64,000 nucleotides of DNA, taken from NCBI GenBank assembly GCA_951406725.2, contig OX597820.1:1922001-1986000 (forward strand), read 5' to 3'. The notes under the pieces were generated by a model that worked only from the letters and a program-made list of their open reading frames with translations, had not been told where the DNA came from and did not search any database. The first letter of the stretch is position 1. Each line of letters opens with the position of its first letter. The DNA is from Octopus vulgaris. Lineage: Eukaryota. This document shows, piece after piece, positions 14,951-29,477 of this stretch. Both the position numbers and the translations under genes were made by a program.

Positions 14951-15479
14951 TAAAGAAGAATATTCATAAACATCCTTTCGTAACCAATGAAACGTGTTAT
15001 CTAGCAGATAAAAGAGTTCTCATGCTTGGCTTGTTTCCATGGAAACAGCATGAATGTGTCTGTAGCTTTCGATTGGCTAAAATTACCCAAAATTTTCAAA
15101 CTTTAAAAGCTAATAACTCTTTATTTATTGCGAAAATGAATTTCAAAGCAGTGATTAGTATATAAAACCATATCATCACACCGAATATGAAATCAATTTG
15201 AGCAGGAATTGAAGAGATTGAGGATTGGCAACCAAACTGAAAAGATCCCTGGGGTTAAAACAACAACAATGAGAAAAACAGAAGGGACATCTACCTGGAC
15301 GATGGACTGGCTAAATGTAGTAGTGAAATCTCCCTCAAATCCGACACTATCGATTCGGGAGGGGGAAAGAAGGATACATGAAAAAAATGCGGTCGTGGGT
15401 AGCTATGTAAAAACAGACGGGGTGGTCACGGTGGGGATAATTTGATTACAGTTTTACTAGATGGATACTAACCTGGTGC

Positions 15480-15735
15480 ATGACAACAACACCAGCAGCT
15501 GTAGCAACACCACCACCAACAACAACAACAACAACAAGACTGCTATTACCAACAAAACTACTACAAATAACACCACCGCCATCACCAACAATGACAACAG
15601 TACCGCCGCCGCCACCACTACCACCACCACCACCAACAACAACAATAACAACAACAACATTAACTCAACATCTACAACTGCTGTAATACAACTACCTGTA
15701 CCGTTGCCAATAGCAACTACAGCAACAGCAGCGAT
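15480..15735. repeat. Compound (AAC/ACC/GCC)n trinucleotide low-complexity tract
   Basis: Visible directly. Confidence 0.9.
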
Positions 15736-15998
15736 TGCTTTGTTGGTGTATTTCTAGATTTGTCACGCAATGGCTGAGAAGACGTCCACTCACGAAACAC
15801 GGAATTCATTCGGGAAGCATCAATAAATTAAAACGTCTGTTATCTATAGACATCGTATATACATACATACATACATACATACATACATACATACATACAT
15901 ACATACATACATACATACACACACTCACACATATATATATATATATATGTATGTATAACAACTTTTGTAATATATTTACTGCTTTTTAACAAAGTGTA

Positions 15999-16281
<283 letters not shown>

Positions 16282-16349
16282 ATATTACTTTACCTCTGGT
16301 ATTCGAGTACTATTTTTTCCACCTTGTCTCGCATTTATGTACTCACTCT

Positions 16350-16391
<42 letters not shown>

Positions 16392-16392
<1 letters not shown>

Positions 16393-16881
16393 TAGCAGTA
16401 TCGCCCGGCGTTGCTCGGGTTTGTAAGGGAAATAACTATATAAGCATTTTTAGAGAGTTACTTCCCTTATAAATTCGGGCTTTCTTAGCCATTTTTGTTT
16501 TGGTGTCTTCAAGCCATGAAGTCGTTGTTCTAAAAGAACGCTGGTTTCCTTCACAACGCATTACGACGTTGATTTCTTTACACTCCCTTCCCCACAGCTT
16601 CACGAGGGAGGGAAGGGGGAGAAGCAAACAGGTGCAGCTGTGAGCGTGGACGCCAACTCCGCCGCCATCGACATACGATGCATTTTATGCATTAAAATGG
16701 AATAAAAAATGATGTTAAATTATTTTTAAAATCGTAGACTCATCGTTGACGCGCGCTAATAGTCAGACGGGCTCGATATGAATCACGACTATAAGATACC
16801 CGAATTTGGTTAAACTGCACCGCAAAATGTGGGAGGAGTTAGGAATCTAAATCGAAGGGGACAGACACTCACACAACTAGA

Positions 16882-16890
<9 letters not shown>
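16392..16890 (-). mobile_element. Non-autonomous Helitron
   Basis: 3' end cccgagcaacgccggg hairpin + CTAG|T; same family as 34665-35301. Confidence 0.85.
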
Positions 16891-16950
<60 letters not shown>

Positions 16951-17120
16951 AGATAGATAGATATGTTTCTTTATTAGCCACACAGGGCTGCACACAGACG
17001 GGACAAATTATAAGGTAGAGCTTTTCTTTTGGGGATAAAAAAAGTGGGGTTGGTTTTGGACAGACATATATATATGCGGTGCCCCAGCATGGCCACAGCT
17101 TGTGAGCTGAAACTAGATAA

Positions 17121-17211
<91 letters not shown>

Positions 17212-17218
17212 GAGATTA

Positions 17219-17677
17219 GGAGCAGATGTGGCTGTGTGGTAAAATGTTTGCTTTCCAACCGCATAGTTTCGGGTTCATTCCCACTGCATGGCAGCTTGGG
17301 CAAGTGTTTTCTGCAGTAGCCCCGGATCGACCAAAGCCTTGTGACTGGATTTGGTAGACGGAAACTGAAAGAACTCCGTTGTGTGTGTTTATGTGAGTAT
17401 GTGCATTCTTTTATTCATTTAATGGTCTCAGTCGCAGATTTGTAGCCATGCTGGAGCACATATATGCGTGCGCGTGTGTATGTGTGTATGTTTGCTCCCT
17501 CTCCGCTTGACAACCGGTGTTAGCGCGTATACATCCCCATAACCTAGCAGAAGAGACCGATAGAATCCGGGCTTTAATAATATAATTACTAAAGTCGATG
17601 TGTTCGACTTAAATTCTTGAAGACGGTACTCCAGTATGGCCACACTCTAAAGAACTGAAACCAGTGAAAGATAAAAG
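17219..17677 (+). mobile_element. SINE family A
   Basis: Head, body and tail match. Confidence 0.8.
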
Positions 17678-17811
17678 CTATATATATAAAGGCCTCCTAC
17701 TTCTCCCTTCTCGTTTATTATTAACCGTTCTTAACTCTGAACCGAACGACCTCACGTAGCAACCGACGACCAACTGTTGTGGCCTCGAGAGGGAAACGGT
17801 ATTTCTCTCAA

Positions 17812-18013
17812 GAAATGCTTCGCGGTATTTCGGCTGCCGTTACGTTGTGAGTTCAAATTCCGCCGAGGTCGACTTTGCCTTTCATCCTTTCGGGGTCGAT
17901 AAGTTAAGTACCAGTTACGCACTGGGGTCAATATAATCGACTTAATACCTATGTCTGTCCATGTTTGTCCCCTCTATGTTTAGCCCTTTGTGGGTAATAA
18001 AGAAATAGGTATT
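17812..18013 (+). mobile_element. SINE family B
   Basis: gagttcaaattccgccgaggtcgactttgcctttcatcctttcggggtcgat. Confidence 0.85.
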
Positions 18014-18046
18014 TCTCTCAAGACGCACGCTCTCACAAATGCGTGG

Positions 18047-18083
<37 letters not shown>

Positions 18084-18280
18084 CACGTGCATATGCACAC
18101 AAGCACGAATCCATGTGCGCGCGCCCACGCGTACATCCGCAAAGAGGGACGCCCTTGTGTGGAATCAGCGTTAATGTTTCTCTAAGATTTACTGAAGGGG
18201 AAAAATAGAATTGTTGTTTCGAGTCTCATTTGAGACATTTGACATCGGGATAACTCGGTATGTAGGTTTTGGTGTGTGTG

Positions 18281-18337
<57 letters not shown>

Positions 18338-18654
18338 GGGGAGAGGGTGAAATAGAGACAGTGAGAAAGAAAGAAGAGGCGATTATCTTTCTGTCCCTTT
18401 GCTATGTTACCAGGTAACTTGGAGATAAGATTTGTGTGTGTGTGTGTGTGTGTGTGTACCTAATGTGTCTTCGTGAGGGAGAGAAAGGGTGGGGGAGAGA
18501 GATTCCACTTTAGATGTGTTGCTCGTTTAATTCGAAGCAAAAGCCGGTCGCCCTTTCCATGTGAACTACACATGCCTCAAAGCTGAACTGGTACTTAAGG
18601 TATGTGAGGTTAGAATCCGTTTAGGAGAGTGCTGCCGTCTCTCTCACCCCTCTC

Positions 18655-18703
<49 letters not shown>

Positions 18704-18948
18704 TACACACACTCATTTGTGAGATTGTAGACGACCTCAGGGAGATTCTACTGTTATTTTTAGGCAAATCTAGTTCTAGCGAAGGCGTTTCTTCGTTGAC
18801 TTGCTGGGTGAGATGTTGAAGATGGTGGTGTGGATGTGCCAATCAGTGTTTAGGGCGAGTGTGCTGCCCAATGAGCAGTAAATGTTTGTTCTATTCGCTT
18901 CTAATCATTTATACTTATAAAGCATTACATTGTTCTAAAAATTGACGA

Positions 18949-18986
18949 CTGTCTGATGATCGGTAACGTGAAACTCTGAGTAGCAT
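18949..18986 (+). ncRNA. Degenerate minimal hammerhead ribozyme motif (PLE-type)
   Basis: CTGATGA-tcggtaacgt-GAAA-ctctgag-TA; same family as 16209, stems I and II partly disrupted. Confidence 0.45.
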
Positions 18987-20480
18987 TAGTTCTTTAAGGT
19001 CGTTCATTGAGTTAACCGATCAGTGAACGAACTTATAATGATTATCGGAAACAGCTGTAAGTCAAATTTGCTGCAATAAACAATAAAAGAATACGCAATG
19101 GAGGTTCTGAGCGGAAGTGCATAGCTTCCGTTACACTGGAGATATATAGATCCTAGTTGACTCGAAGTTACTAAAAAGAACCGGAACGAAATACAGGGAA
19201 AGTTTATTTTCCTGGAGGAAAAGAATAATTACTTCCCTTGGATTAAGGTTAGCCATGGTTGAAGCGTGTCAGTTGTGCGTCCTCACACGCGTATACATGT
19301 CCAAAGATTAGGGGGACTATATTGCCAAAACAAATTTCCGTTCATAAGGGCAGCATCCGAATATTTCACCTTTCGAGTTCGGGAAAGAATCCAGTTCGTG
19401 TGAGTCTTTTTTTAATAAATTATTCTCCTTTCCGTCACGCAAACATTGCAACGTTTACTTCTATTTAGGTATCGTTCCGCTTACCCCAGCCATTTCCAGT
19501 TGACCCCTGTAGGACATTGCTTCCTCTTTTAATTGCCTTTTATAACTGGCTAACATTGTAACATTGCGCCTCTATGTTCGATTCTAAAAGTGGATCCGTG
19601 ATTATTCATGTATTACACACACACACACACAGAAACATTGTCCCCTTATATACAAAAATTGATTTTTCCCACTGTTCCTGCGTCTATCAAAATCACTTTA
19701 ACCAAATATAATCAGTAATAGGACTTATTATAATTAATCCGGAATAAATACCCCCCCCCCCTCAGTAAATCGTCTTTTAGAGAAACTTTAGTCAAGAAGG
19801 AGTTCAACAGATTTCGCTGTCCCCTTCTCTGGACCCATTTTACAATAACAAACCATAAGCATATCCTAAACCTTGCTCAACGACCACATTGCTCTCCAGA
19901 TTCAGTTCCAGATTCATGAGAATTTGTTTACACACATGCGCCCCCCCCCCACACACACAAAGTGATAGAAGCTGGAATTACGATCTTTTAGAAAATCTTT
20001 TAAATTCGTTGTGGGCGCAAGTCTTGACAGTTGGATCTCGGATAGGTACTGAAATTTACGGACGTATGGCAACCCTTAGCTCTAGCAATTCTATATCGAT
20101 TTCAATGATTATATCAACACCTTTAGCACCATCTCTATCAATTCCTGTGTGGAACCATTATCAGACCATTCACAGCAAAAGCTCTGATACTTTATAAATT
20201 CCACCCGACAATAATTTCTGAATTACTCTATTGAAACATGGATATCGTTAGGTCTGAAATGGTCAGTTCCTGGACTTTCAACCAGGGATTGAAACTGCAG
20301 CCTTAATGTTTCAACTGACTTCCCCCCACCCCTTTGTTCTATAAAAACGCACTTGGAGGTCTACGTGTCGTCTGTTCACTTGTTGACCAGCTTGGGTCAA
20401 CATCTGTTCAACCTAGATAATCCAAGGAAAATCCTGCGTTCGCTCCCCTGACCCACTTTAGTTAGGAAATTGTTCCAAAT

Positions 20481-20846
20481 AGTCATCAGACTGTGGCCAT
20501 GCTGGGGCACCGCCTTGAAAAATTTTAGCCGAAAGAATAGATCTGAGTTCTTGTCTTTTTGTTTTTTTAAAGCCCAGTATTTATTCCATCGGATTATGGA
20601 GACGTAAACATACCAACACCGGTTGTCAAGCAGTGGCGGGGTGCAAACACAGACACAAAGACACACACGCACACACACACACACATATACACAAAGGGCT
20701 TCTTTCAGTTTCCGTCTACCATATCCACTCACAAGGCTTTGGTCGGTCCAAGGCTATAGTAGAAGACACTTGCGCAACATGTCACACAGTAGGACCGAAC
20801 CCGGAACCGCGTGGTTAGGGACCGACCTTCTAACCACACAGCCACG
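20481..20846 (-). mobile_element. SINE family A
   Basis: Reverse-complement match. Confidence 0.8.
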
Positions 20847-21004
20847 TCTGTACCTGATGTATTTAATTTCAAAAACTTATCGAAAATTTGTAATCAAACA
20901 AGTATTTCGCACAAATGACTGGAAACAGAATTAGGTTGGGAATCGAACGCGGGAATGATGCTGTGCCAATTTGATGGGTCACTTGCAAATGCTAGAGCTG
21001 ACGA

Positions 21005-21330
21005 GTGGAGGTTCCCGACCATTTTTTACCCACGGACCCCTTTGGTCACTATTTTACCCTACGGGACCTCCATAGACATTCCCTCAATTCTTTTACTGGT
21101 TTCAGTCATTTAACTGCGGCCATGCTGGAGCACCGCCTTTTAGTCGAACAAATCGACCCCACGACTAATTCTTTGTAAGCCTGGTACTTATTCTATCGGT
21201 TATCTTTTGCTGAACCGCTAGATTACGGGGACATAAACACACCAACATCAGTTGTCAAGCCATGGTTAGGGGACAAACACACACACAAATGCATACATTA
21301 TACACACATACACATATATATTTATATATA

Positions 21331-21412
<82 letters not shown>

Positions 21413-21645
21413 TGTATGTATGTATGTATGTATGTATGTATTTACGACAGGCTTCTTTCAGTTTCCGTCTACCAACTCCACTCACAGAGCCACGCCTATA
21501 TGAAGCAAAACCTCTTATATTTTTATAATAAAATATTATAAGGAATTGTATTCAAAAAATTTGTAAACATATAAGCAATTTATTGATCATAACTTTTAAC
21601 AAAAGAATCATATGGACCCTTAGGGACCCTGGTTAAGAATCACTG
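21005..21645. mobile_element. hAT-like MITE interrupted by a family A SINE (21091-21487, minus)
   Basis: Ends gtggaggttcccgacc / ggttaagaatcactg with repeated ggaccc subterminal motifs. Confidence 0.55.
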
Positions 21646-23032
21646 CTCTACTTTAAGCATGGACAACCGTTTCGAAAAGTGGGCCGCATGGGACATAGTT
21701 CATTATCGGGTTGGCCGCAACTGCTAATAAATATTCAAGGTAATTTTTTGTGAGGCGTACCATTCAGAAAATCCTGTGGACCGCCTGAGGCCCAAACCCG
21801 CTCTACGTTGGTCGCTTGGTTTTCTAGAAAAAATGCCCTAATGACCTTCAAATGACACCCACTGCCTTAGGAAATAACACTAAGTAATGGGGTCTGGAGG
21901 TTTCTTGCACGTAGGTTTCCTGCGCAGGCGTGGCTGTGGGCTTATGAAGTTCACTTGACAATCACGTGGTTTTGAGGTCATCCAGTTCATTTAACGATTT
22001 CAATATTCTTAGCAAACGACAATCGTGCAAGGCGAATGGATTTCGTTTCTATGACAATCAATGGATTAAACAGTAAATCTATTCAAAACGCCATCCACAC
22101 CGCTCTCCCTCCCTCCCCCTCTCTCTCTCTCTCTCCCTCGCTCCCTCCCTCTCTCCCTCCCTCTCTGTCCTTTCTCTCTCGCCGGCCTTCGAAATCGAAT
22201 CAGCGTCCCAATTATTTATTCATCATTGATTTTTCGTTCCTTGGTGTCGATAAGTGAGATTTTGACAAATGGTCGGAAACGGATCTTATTCAATACATAC
22301 ATACAGACAGAACAACAGACTAACAGACAGATACATATATACAAGCATACTGATAGATAGATAGATAGATACATATATACATTCACACATACATACATAC
22401 ATGCATACATACATACATACATACATACATAAGCAATGCAATATATATACATACAATACATATACATAAACACACACACACATATATATACATATATACA
22501 TTCATATGTGTCTATATGCGTTTGTGTGTGTGTGTACGTGTGTGTGTGTGTGCTGAAGTTATTGATCAAATCCCGGTCCTTATGATTAATGCGTTCCAGC
22601 TGTGGCCATCATATATTGTTTTCGGGCGTAGCATATTTAGGATTGTCTTTCTCAAAAAAAACAAACAAATAAATAAAGTAGAGAATGAGAGAGAGAGAGA
22701 GAGAGAGGTTTGGCTGCTATTTCTAGCTGGTTGGCCTGTGTCATAGAAGCCCCGGTTACCTTGGTAACTCAGTAGGCAGTGTCCAGTCCAGCATAATGAA
22801 ATGTTGTTGATAGACGAGTTGAATATTTGTCATAGCAGTGATAGAGATGTTGTAAGATAGCGCGTGTGTGTGTGTGTGTGTGTGTGTGAAGGAAACAGAA
22901 TGAAGGAATACACGCATACACACTTGCACATACACACACGTACGCACAGGCGCGCGCATACACACACACACATATCAGAATGCACACCAGCACGAACAAG
23001 CAGTCACACACACACACACACACACACACAAA

Positions 23033-23064
<32 letters not shown>

Positions 23065-23929
23065 CCTCTTCTCTGTCTCACATTCTCACATTCATATGAA
23101 TATATATATAGAACTTGTAAAGTAGGAGACAAACAGACAGACCCGAAGTGGACAGGTAAAGAGTTGTGTCGTTGATGAGGACACAAACGACGATGAAAGG
23201 ACTTTTGCAAACCTGATTGACAAACGCGAATGATTCATCGAGCAATCGATGTGTTAACTGCCTAATTGATCAGCCACTTAACAATTAAAATAAAGAAGTG
23301 AAATATAACCAATGCGCGTGTCTCTTATTGGCTTAGTGACCTTTCGAGATACAGCAAAATGGTAGAGAGAAGAGAACGAAAAAAGCATCGAACCTTTTGG
23401 AAACAAAAGAGAAATAGTAAAATGAAAAGAGTTAGAAAAAAAAACCAGTAAATAATAAGAAACAAAACAAATAAATATATAAATAAAAGGGAAAAACTGT
23501 GAGAATGAAGGAAATAAAGAGAAAGAATAAGAAGGGAGAGAGTTAAAGAGTAAGGCAAATCGATAGGCAAAGAAATTGTGATTAAATAAACAGTCAATGC
23601 ATTTGTAGCACAACATCCTTAAATGAACTACCAAGAATGCGTTATATATGCAAATCAGTCAATCCAATCTATTGAGGTAATAGATTATAAGCTGTGTCTA
23701 TGAGGGCAGTTAAAGTGGGTTAAGTCTAATCACATGATGGAATGTTGTCAAGCAGATTTCTTTTTTTTTTGTCTATATAGAAACTTCCCTTACACACTTT
23801 TGTCACATGACCCCTGTATTTACCGTATCATACTCTACTTCTCACCTGTGCCATATGCTCCTACACACCCTGCCAGATGCCTCCTACATGCACCTGCCAT
23901 ACGCCCCGCACACAGTTTAGACTCCACCC

Positions 23930-24210
23930 GGAATTCATCCAAGCCTGGAATCCTGTGTCATACGCCCTCACCACAATTCAAGCTCACAACACATAACCGC
24001 ATGGCAACACACTTACTTCTCCTCCTCCTCCTCAGTGGCCCCTGCTCTATTTAACATTATCTCCAAACAAATCAATAAATATATCCCATCACCTTCAATC
24101 GATATCTGGACAAACTTCTTCAAGAGATACCGGACAATCCCTGGACAAGCCACCAATACCTGGATACATCCCAAAACAAGAACGACTCTACTTGAATGGG
24201 CCATGGCACC
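23930..24210 (+). mobile_element. Degenerate CR1-type LINE 3' fragment
   Basis: Frameshifted similarity to the 6688 element (PALFNII, LDKLLQEIPD, PPIPGY, LLEW). Confidence 0.7.
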
Positions 24211-24469
24211 ACAAAACCTGACACAACCCTTTAACTGCGAAATTAAACTTCATAGTTATTTCAGTAAATCTCTACCAAAAACTAGAAATGGTATTTTCTG
24301 CAATTCACGTTGCCTCAGTAAACTTGGCATATCTCAACAGTAAATAGTTTTAAACATCATATTCCCCAACAAAAGATATTTTGGTGGATAAAACCGCTTT
24401 TCGCAGTTAAAGGTCATGAAATTTTGAGAAGGCATATCTGCTTTCCGCTGTAAATAGGGTAAAAACGAC

Positions 24470-24831
24470 GGTACTTTTTGGTTATCTCACCCCCATTAAA
24501 AAATTGCCAATAAAAATGGGGTTATCTCCCATATATAAAAACCATCATTTTTTTCAAGTGAGCTGAGTTCATTTCCAAACACATATAGACACACACACAC
24601 ACACACACTCACACACACACACATACACACACACAGACACACATTTTTTTATTGCCCACAGGGGGCTAAACACAGAGGACAGACAAAGGACAGACAAAGG
24701 GATTAAGTTGATTACATCGACTCCAGTGCGTAACTGGTACTTATTTAATCGACCCTGAAAGGATGAAAGGCTAAGTCGGCCTCGGCGGAAATTGAACTCA
24801 GAACGTAACGGCAGACGAAATACCGCTGAGA

Positions 24832-24876
<45 letters not shown>

Positions 24877-25066
24877 CCCACTGAGAAGAGGTGGGGTCAG
24901 CCAGGGCGGCGGCCCAAGGCCCACCAGTTTAAGCGGCCCACAAGCCAGACGAGGGAAAAATACGAAGCTCACTTGAAAAAAGGGATGGTTTTTTCTTTAA
25001 TATATGAGAGATAACCCCATTTTTAATGGCAATTTTTCAATGGGGGTGAGATAACCAAAAAGTACC
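24470..25066. mobile_element. MITE with ~80-bp TIRs containing a nested family B SINE (24648-24830) and microsatellites
   Basis: ggtactttttggttatctcacccc... / ...ggggtgagataaccaaaaagtacc; possible degenerate 8-bp TSD aaaacgac/aaaaccgc. Confidence 0.8.
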
Positions 25067-25276
25067 AAAACCGCTCAACACATTTTCCCAGGTGCTGCTC
25101 TTACCTTAGACATTTCTTAGTTTTCCTCAAAGGTTTATATAGAGACAAAGTATTTACATATGTCTGTACTTGGTGTTGGTTAAAAACTATTGCACCGCGT
25201 AGAGTACTGTACTCTGTACTCTGTACGTTTTGTACGTAGCAGAGTATTTTAGTGCAATGCTGTATGTGGTAGAGTC

Positions 25277-25632
25277 GTGGCACTCCGTCGGTTACGACGA
25301 CGACGAGGGTCCCAGTTGATCCGATCAACGGAACAGCCTGCTCGTGGAATTAGCGTGCAAGTGGCCGAGCACTCCACAGACACGTGTAGCCTTAACGTAG
25401 TTCTCGGGGAGATTCAGCGTGACATAAAGTATGACAAGGCTGGCCCTTTGAAATGCAGGAACAAAAGAAAGTTGTGGTGAAAAAGTACAGCAGGGTTCGC
25501 CGCCACCCCTACCGGAGCCTCGTGGAACTTTAGGGGTTTTCGCTCAATAAACTCTCACAACGCCAGGTCTGGGAATTGAAACCACGATCCTACGACCGCG
25601 AGTCCGCTGCCCTAACCACTGGGCCATTGTGC
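25277..25632 (-). mobile_element. SINE family C
   Basis: tRNA-like head at the right end (ggcccagtggttagggcagcggactcgcggtcgtaggatcgtggtttcaattccc); tail shared with 51002 and 52917. Confidence 0.85.
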
Positions 25633-25895
25633 CTATGTGGTAGAGTAGAGCATTAAAGTAAGAAGGATGAACAGTTGAAAAGTAAGTTCGAAAGAAAATG
25701 TGTCAAAAGAGAAGAAAAGCGAGGTTGAGGGTGGGGTGAAATAAATCTTTAAGATAAGGAGGTAAGAAAGGAATAAGATAAGATAACGCGGGAATGTGAA
25801 GAAAAGAAGAGAAAAGGGTAGAAGGAAAGTGAAGTAAAAATATTATGTACCGAGAGAGAGAGAAAGGGGAGAGAGGGAGAAGAAGAAGAAGAAGA

Positions 25896-25951
<56 letters not shown>

Positions 25952-26087
25952 TAGGAAAACAAACCTGATCTCAGAACCGTTTGCTATCAAACTAAATAAT
26001 AAAAAAAGACAAAAAACAAAAGAATATTTCTATTCACCCACAAACAATAAGAAGAGTATGGGGACTTACTGATTATTTACTCAGAGA

Positions 26088-26512
26088 AGGCGGCGAGGAG
26101 CTGGCAGAATGGTTAGCACGCCGGGCGAAATGCTTGGCGGTATTTCGGCTGCCGTTACGTTCGGAGTTCAAATTCCGCCGAGGTCGACTTTGCCTTTCAT
26201 CCTTTCGGGGTCGATAAATTAAGTACCAGTTACGCACTGGAGTCGATGTAATCGACTTAATCCGTTTGTCTGTCCTTGTTTGTCCCCTCTATGTTTAGCC
26301 CCTTGTGGGTAGTAAAGAAATAAGAATCGTTAGCATGCCGGACAATATGCAAAGCAACATTTCGTCCGTCGTTACGGTCTCAGTTTAAATATCGCCAACG
26401 TCGATTAAATTTTCTTTTTTTCAGTTTTCATCTTTTCGGGGTCGATAAAATAAGTACCAGTCGAGTCCCTTCCCCTAGCATTTTAGGCCTTGTGTTTATA
26501 ATCGAAAGGATT
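26088..26512 (+). mobile_element. SINE family B, full length plus a second degenerate copy
   Basis: ggcgaggagctggcagaatggttagcacg.. head; family body. Confidence 0.85.
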
Positions 26513-26839
26513 ATCGATTTAAACGCAAAGCATCAGGGAGAAGAGAAATGCTCTTCGCAAAGAAACTGCTGTTGTTAAAGTGAATTGCTTTGAAGAAGAG
26601 TTCGAAACGGAGCCGAGTCCTCATTTCACTCAGAACGTATTTCTTCATTATGGAAAAGACAAATGGGTAGAGTTAAAGTAATTTATTGAGAGAAGAAAGA
26701 TATGTAAGAATATTCATATCATAAGTAAGGACAAACGGATTATGAAGTTAAACACAGAATAAAAGGCCGTCAAGATAAGCACAAAAGAGACTGGAGTTAT
26801 GCATGGGCAAGTCCCACGAATCCTTACCCGGAAGAACAG

Positions 26840-26930
26840 TCAAACATTAAGGAAGAAGTCAACTGCAGGATGTCCAAAGTCAGCAGCACTTGTTCGGGTA
26901 GACTGCACGAGGATGTGTGGGAGTACATAG
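26840..26930 (+). mobile_element. RTE-clade LINE remnant
   Basis: Translates IKEEVNCRMSKVSSTCSGRLHEDVWE, similar to the RTE 'EVNxRIxKASxAFGRL..VW' motif. Confidence 0.55.
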
Positions 26931-28050
26931 GAACCAGTGCCACTATTACCGCAGGGCAGCTCTCCCAACCTGTTATATGATTGGGCAGTCCTGGACACCC
27001 TACAAGAAACATTTCAACTACTCTAACATAAAGTGACTCAACACGGGGCCGGATTAAGACTCTTAGAAGCCGAAATCACTAAAAAGGTTTTGGTGCCACC
27101 CCCATATATGTGTAATTCAAAATATACACAATAATAAACCATAAAATAAAATTTCATTTTCTGAAATGAAACAAAAGTAAGAGGGAAAACGATGTTTATT
27201 TTCGTTTTGTTTATATTTGAAAAGTTTTCTCCTACTTTTTTTAATCGCAAAGTCTTTGATCTGATCCTCAGTATGGCACCATGGATACTTTGAAATTACA
27301 TTTCCGATTAAACAAACCACTTTGAATATTATTTTAGCAGTTTAAAGGGATTTCTTTCTTGCCGTAGACCATTTACCATTTGCCCCTCTTCATTTGATGC
27401 CCGAAGCACGTGATTGTTTTTTTTGTTTAATGGTTAGTCCAGCGCCGTCTCCACAGCGTTTTGCGTGCCTGTTGAAAAGACAAGAGACCAGACATTTAAA
27501 TGCTTCACAAGTCAACATCTCAACCTTGTGAATACAAACTCTGGCATGTAAACCCCAAAATATCTCATTGGGTCATGGCTCTAGCAACCACCAATATCCA
27601 CAGACAATAGCAAAACGATAGAACGTAAATAATAAGGAACAAATGTTTGCTTACCTTCACATGATTCTTGTCAGCGGTTCGCAGTAATCAGAAAAGTAAT
27701 CCAATGTCACAAACATATCCATTTTCTTTCCAAGTCATTCTCTTCAGAAAAGCCGTTCTGTTCCTTTTGCTATTCTATTGTATTGCCCGTCTCCGTCTCA
27801 TCTCGACCTCAATGTTAATCCGTCTTTTGAACTATTTCAATATTGTCTGACGACTTTTCGTTCAAATTTCAGTCAAATATCATTTCATCATTTATAAGCC
27901 TATATGCATATATATATATACATATACACATATACATACATATACATATATATATTTATACATATATATATTTGTATATATATATATGCATATGTATATA
28001 TATGTATGTATGTATATATATATATATATATGCATATATATATATACAAA

Positions 28051-28086
<36 letters not shown>

Positions 28087-28169
28087 TGTATGTATATCTA
28101 TTTCAAACTGTGAGTGTATATACTTGCATATTTGTATATAAGGTACGTATGTATATATACATGTGTGCG

Positions 28170-28200
<31 letters not shown>

Positions 28201-29477
28201 TTGTGAGTGTGTGTGTGTGCATAAATGCTTCTGTCTGTATATGGTATGTATGTATGTATGTGTGGTCTTTATGTATGAATATCTGCAGAAGTTGAAGGGG
28301 AAAAAAATTTAGGATAATCTAAAGCGATGATAGAAATAAAACGAATACATCTCTTTACAACACACACACACACACAATTACCCTATAAAGCAGCGGGTAT
28401 CAAAGAATACGAGGAAGTGCAAGACTGATTCTCTAGAGTAGAGGTTAAAGGAACCCCACCCCCACAGCGCAGACGAAATTTCAACCATATTCAAATTGGA
28501 AGCCATTTGCTAATCAAATCTTCAGAAACCTGTAAACATTATTTCTCACAACGGTTGTTATGAAAAATCACCATTAAAGCCCAAAGACCCAAAGAGTAAT
28601 TTAATGGTATTTCACAGAAAGCAAAGGAAATCTCGAACGCAGGGTAGGTGTGAAAACATCTTAGAAGATCGGATTGAAATCCTTAGAAGACGGGGATAAA
28701 GGATAGCAAGTCGCCATCGTGAATCGAATTCCCGACCACTCAAATTTCGGTTGAGCACTTTGTGCCAAAAGCGAAGCAATGAATATATATAATTTAGTGT
28801 TCCTTATTTTTTTCTCGTTATATGGCTGTGTGGTTAAGAAGATCGTTTTGCAACCACGCAACCACTACGAGCCAACCAGGGAACCGCTATATGGTCGTTC
28901 GAATTGGTAGAAATAGTAGCTAAATCTCCATCTCAATTACACCATACCATTGTAAAAAAAGTGAAGAATGAAACTGTATGGAGAGAGGTTAAGGCCTGGA
29001 TTTATAAAACTACCTCTGAGTCAAGGCTTGAATGTATGGCTATGATTATAGGTTTGCTCGATCGAGGCTGACTTGGGCGGACATGGGGTCAAACAACGAC
29101 AGCAGTAACAACAACAACAACAACAACAAAAGTATCAACATCAGTAGCAACAGCAACAAAGAAATACCGTCATTCTCTATGTTGATGGCTACGGTGATGT
29201 CTAGATGTGCAAAGCAAAACTTTCAATAGAGGCTCTCCCCATTGAACGGGGATAACAATATGTCCGACAATAAAGAAAGCATTGGACGCAGGGGTTCCAA
29301 GGAAGCAGACGATATATAAAGCTCTGCAAACGAGTTAACTACTGATAAAAACTAGCGCCGTGCAGTAAGTATCCGAGAATCGGATAACAGATACGGTTGT
29401 TGTTGTTGATTAATCGCAGGTCATCTCTGGACGGTTAAACCTATGATCAGAAACATATTTACAAGCACCAAAAGCAA

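Noticed and set aside
18775-18820. Plus-strand mini-exon-like segment encoding ..SSLTCWVRC
   Set aside because: In-frame stop follows and no partner exons were found; resemblance to a Ly6 start is likely chance
25570-25632. tRNA-like sequences (also 8060-8123, 26088-26180)
   Set aside because: They are SINE heads continuing into repeat bodies, with no complete cloverleaf
26828-26999. Apparent minus-strand exon with AG/GT boundaries (ORF 26824-27012)
   Set aside because: The plus strand translates to an RTE LINE motif and the minus-strand peptide has no recognisable features; splice-like sites are probably fortuitous
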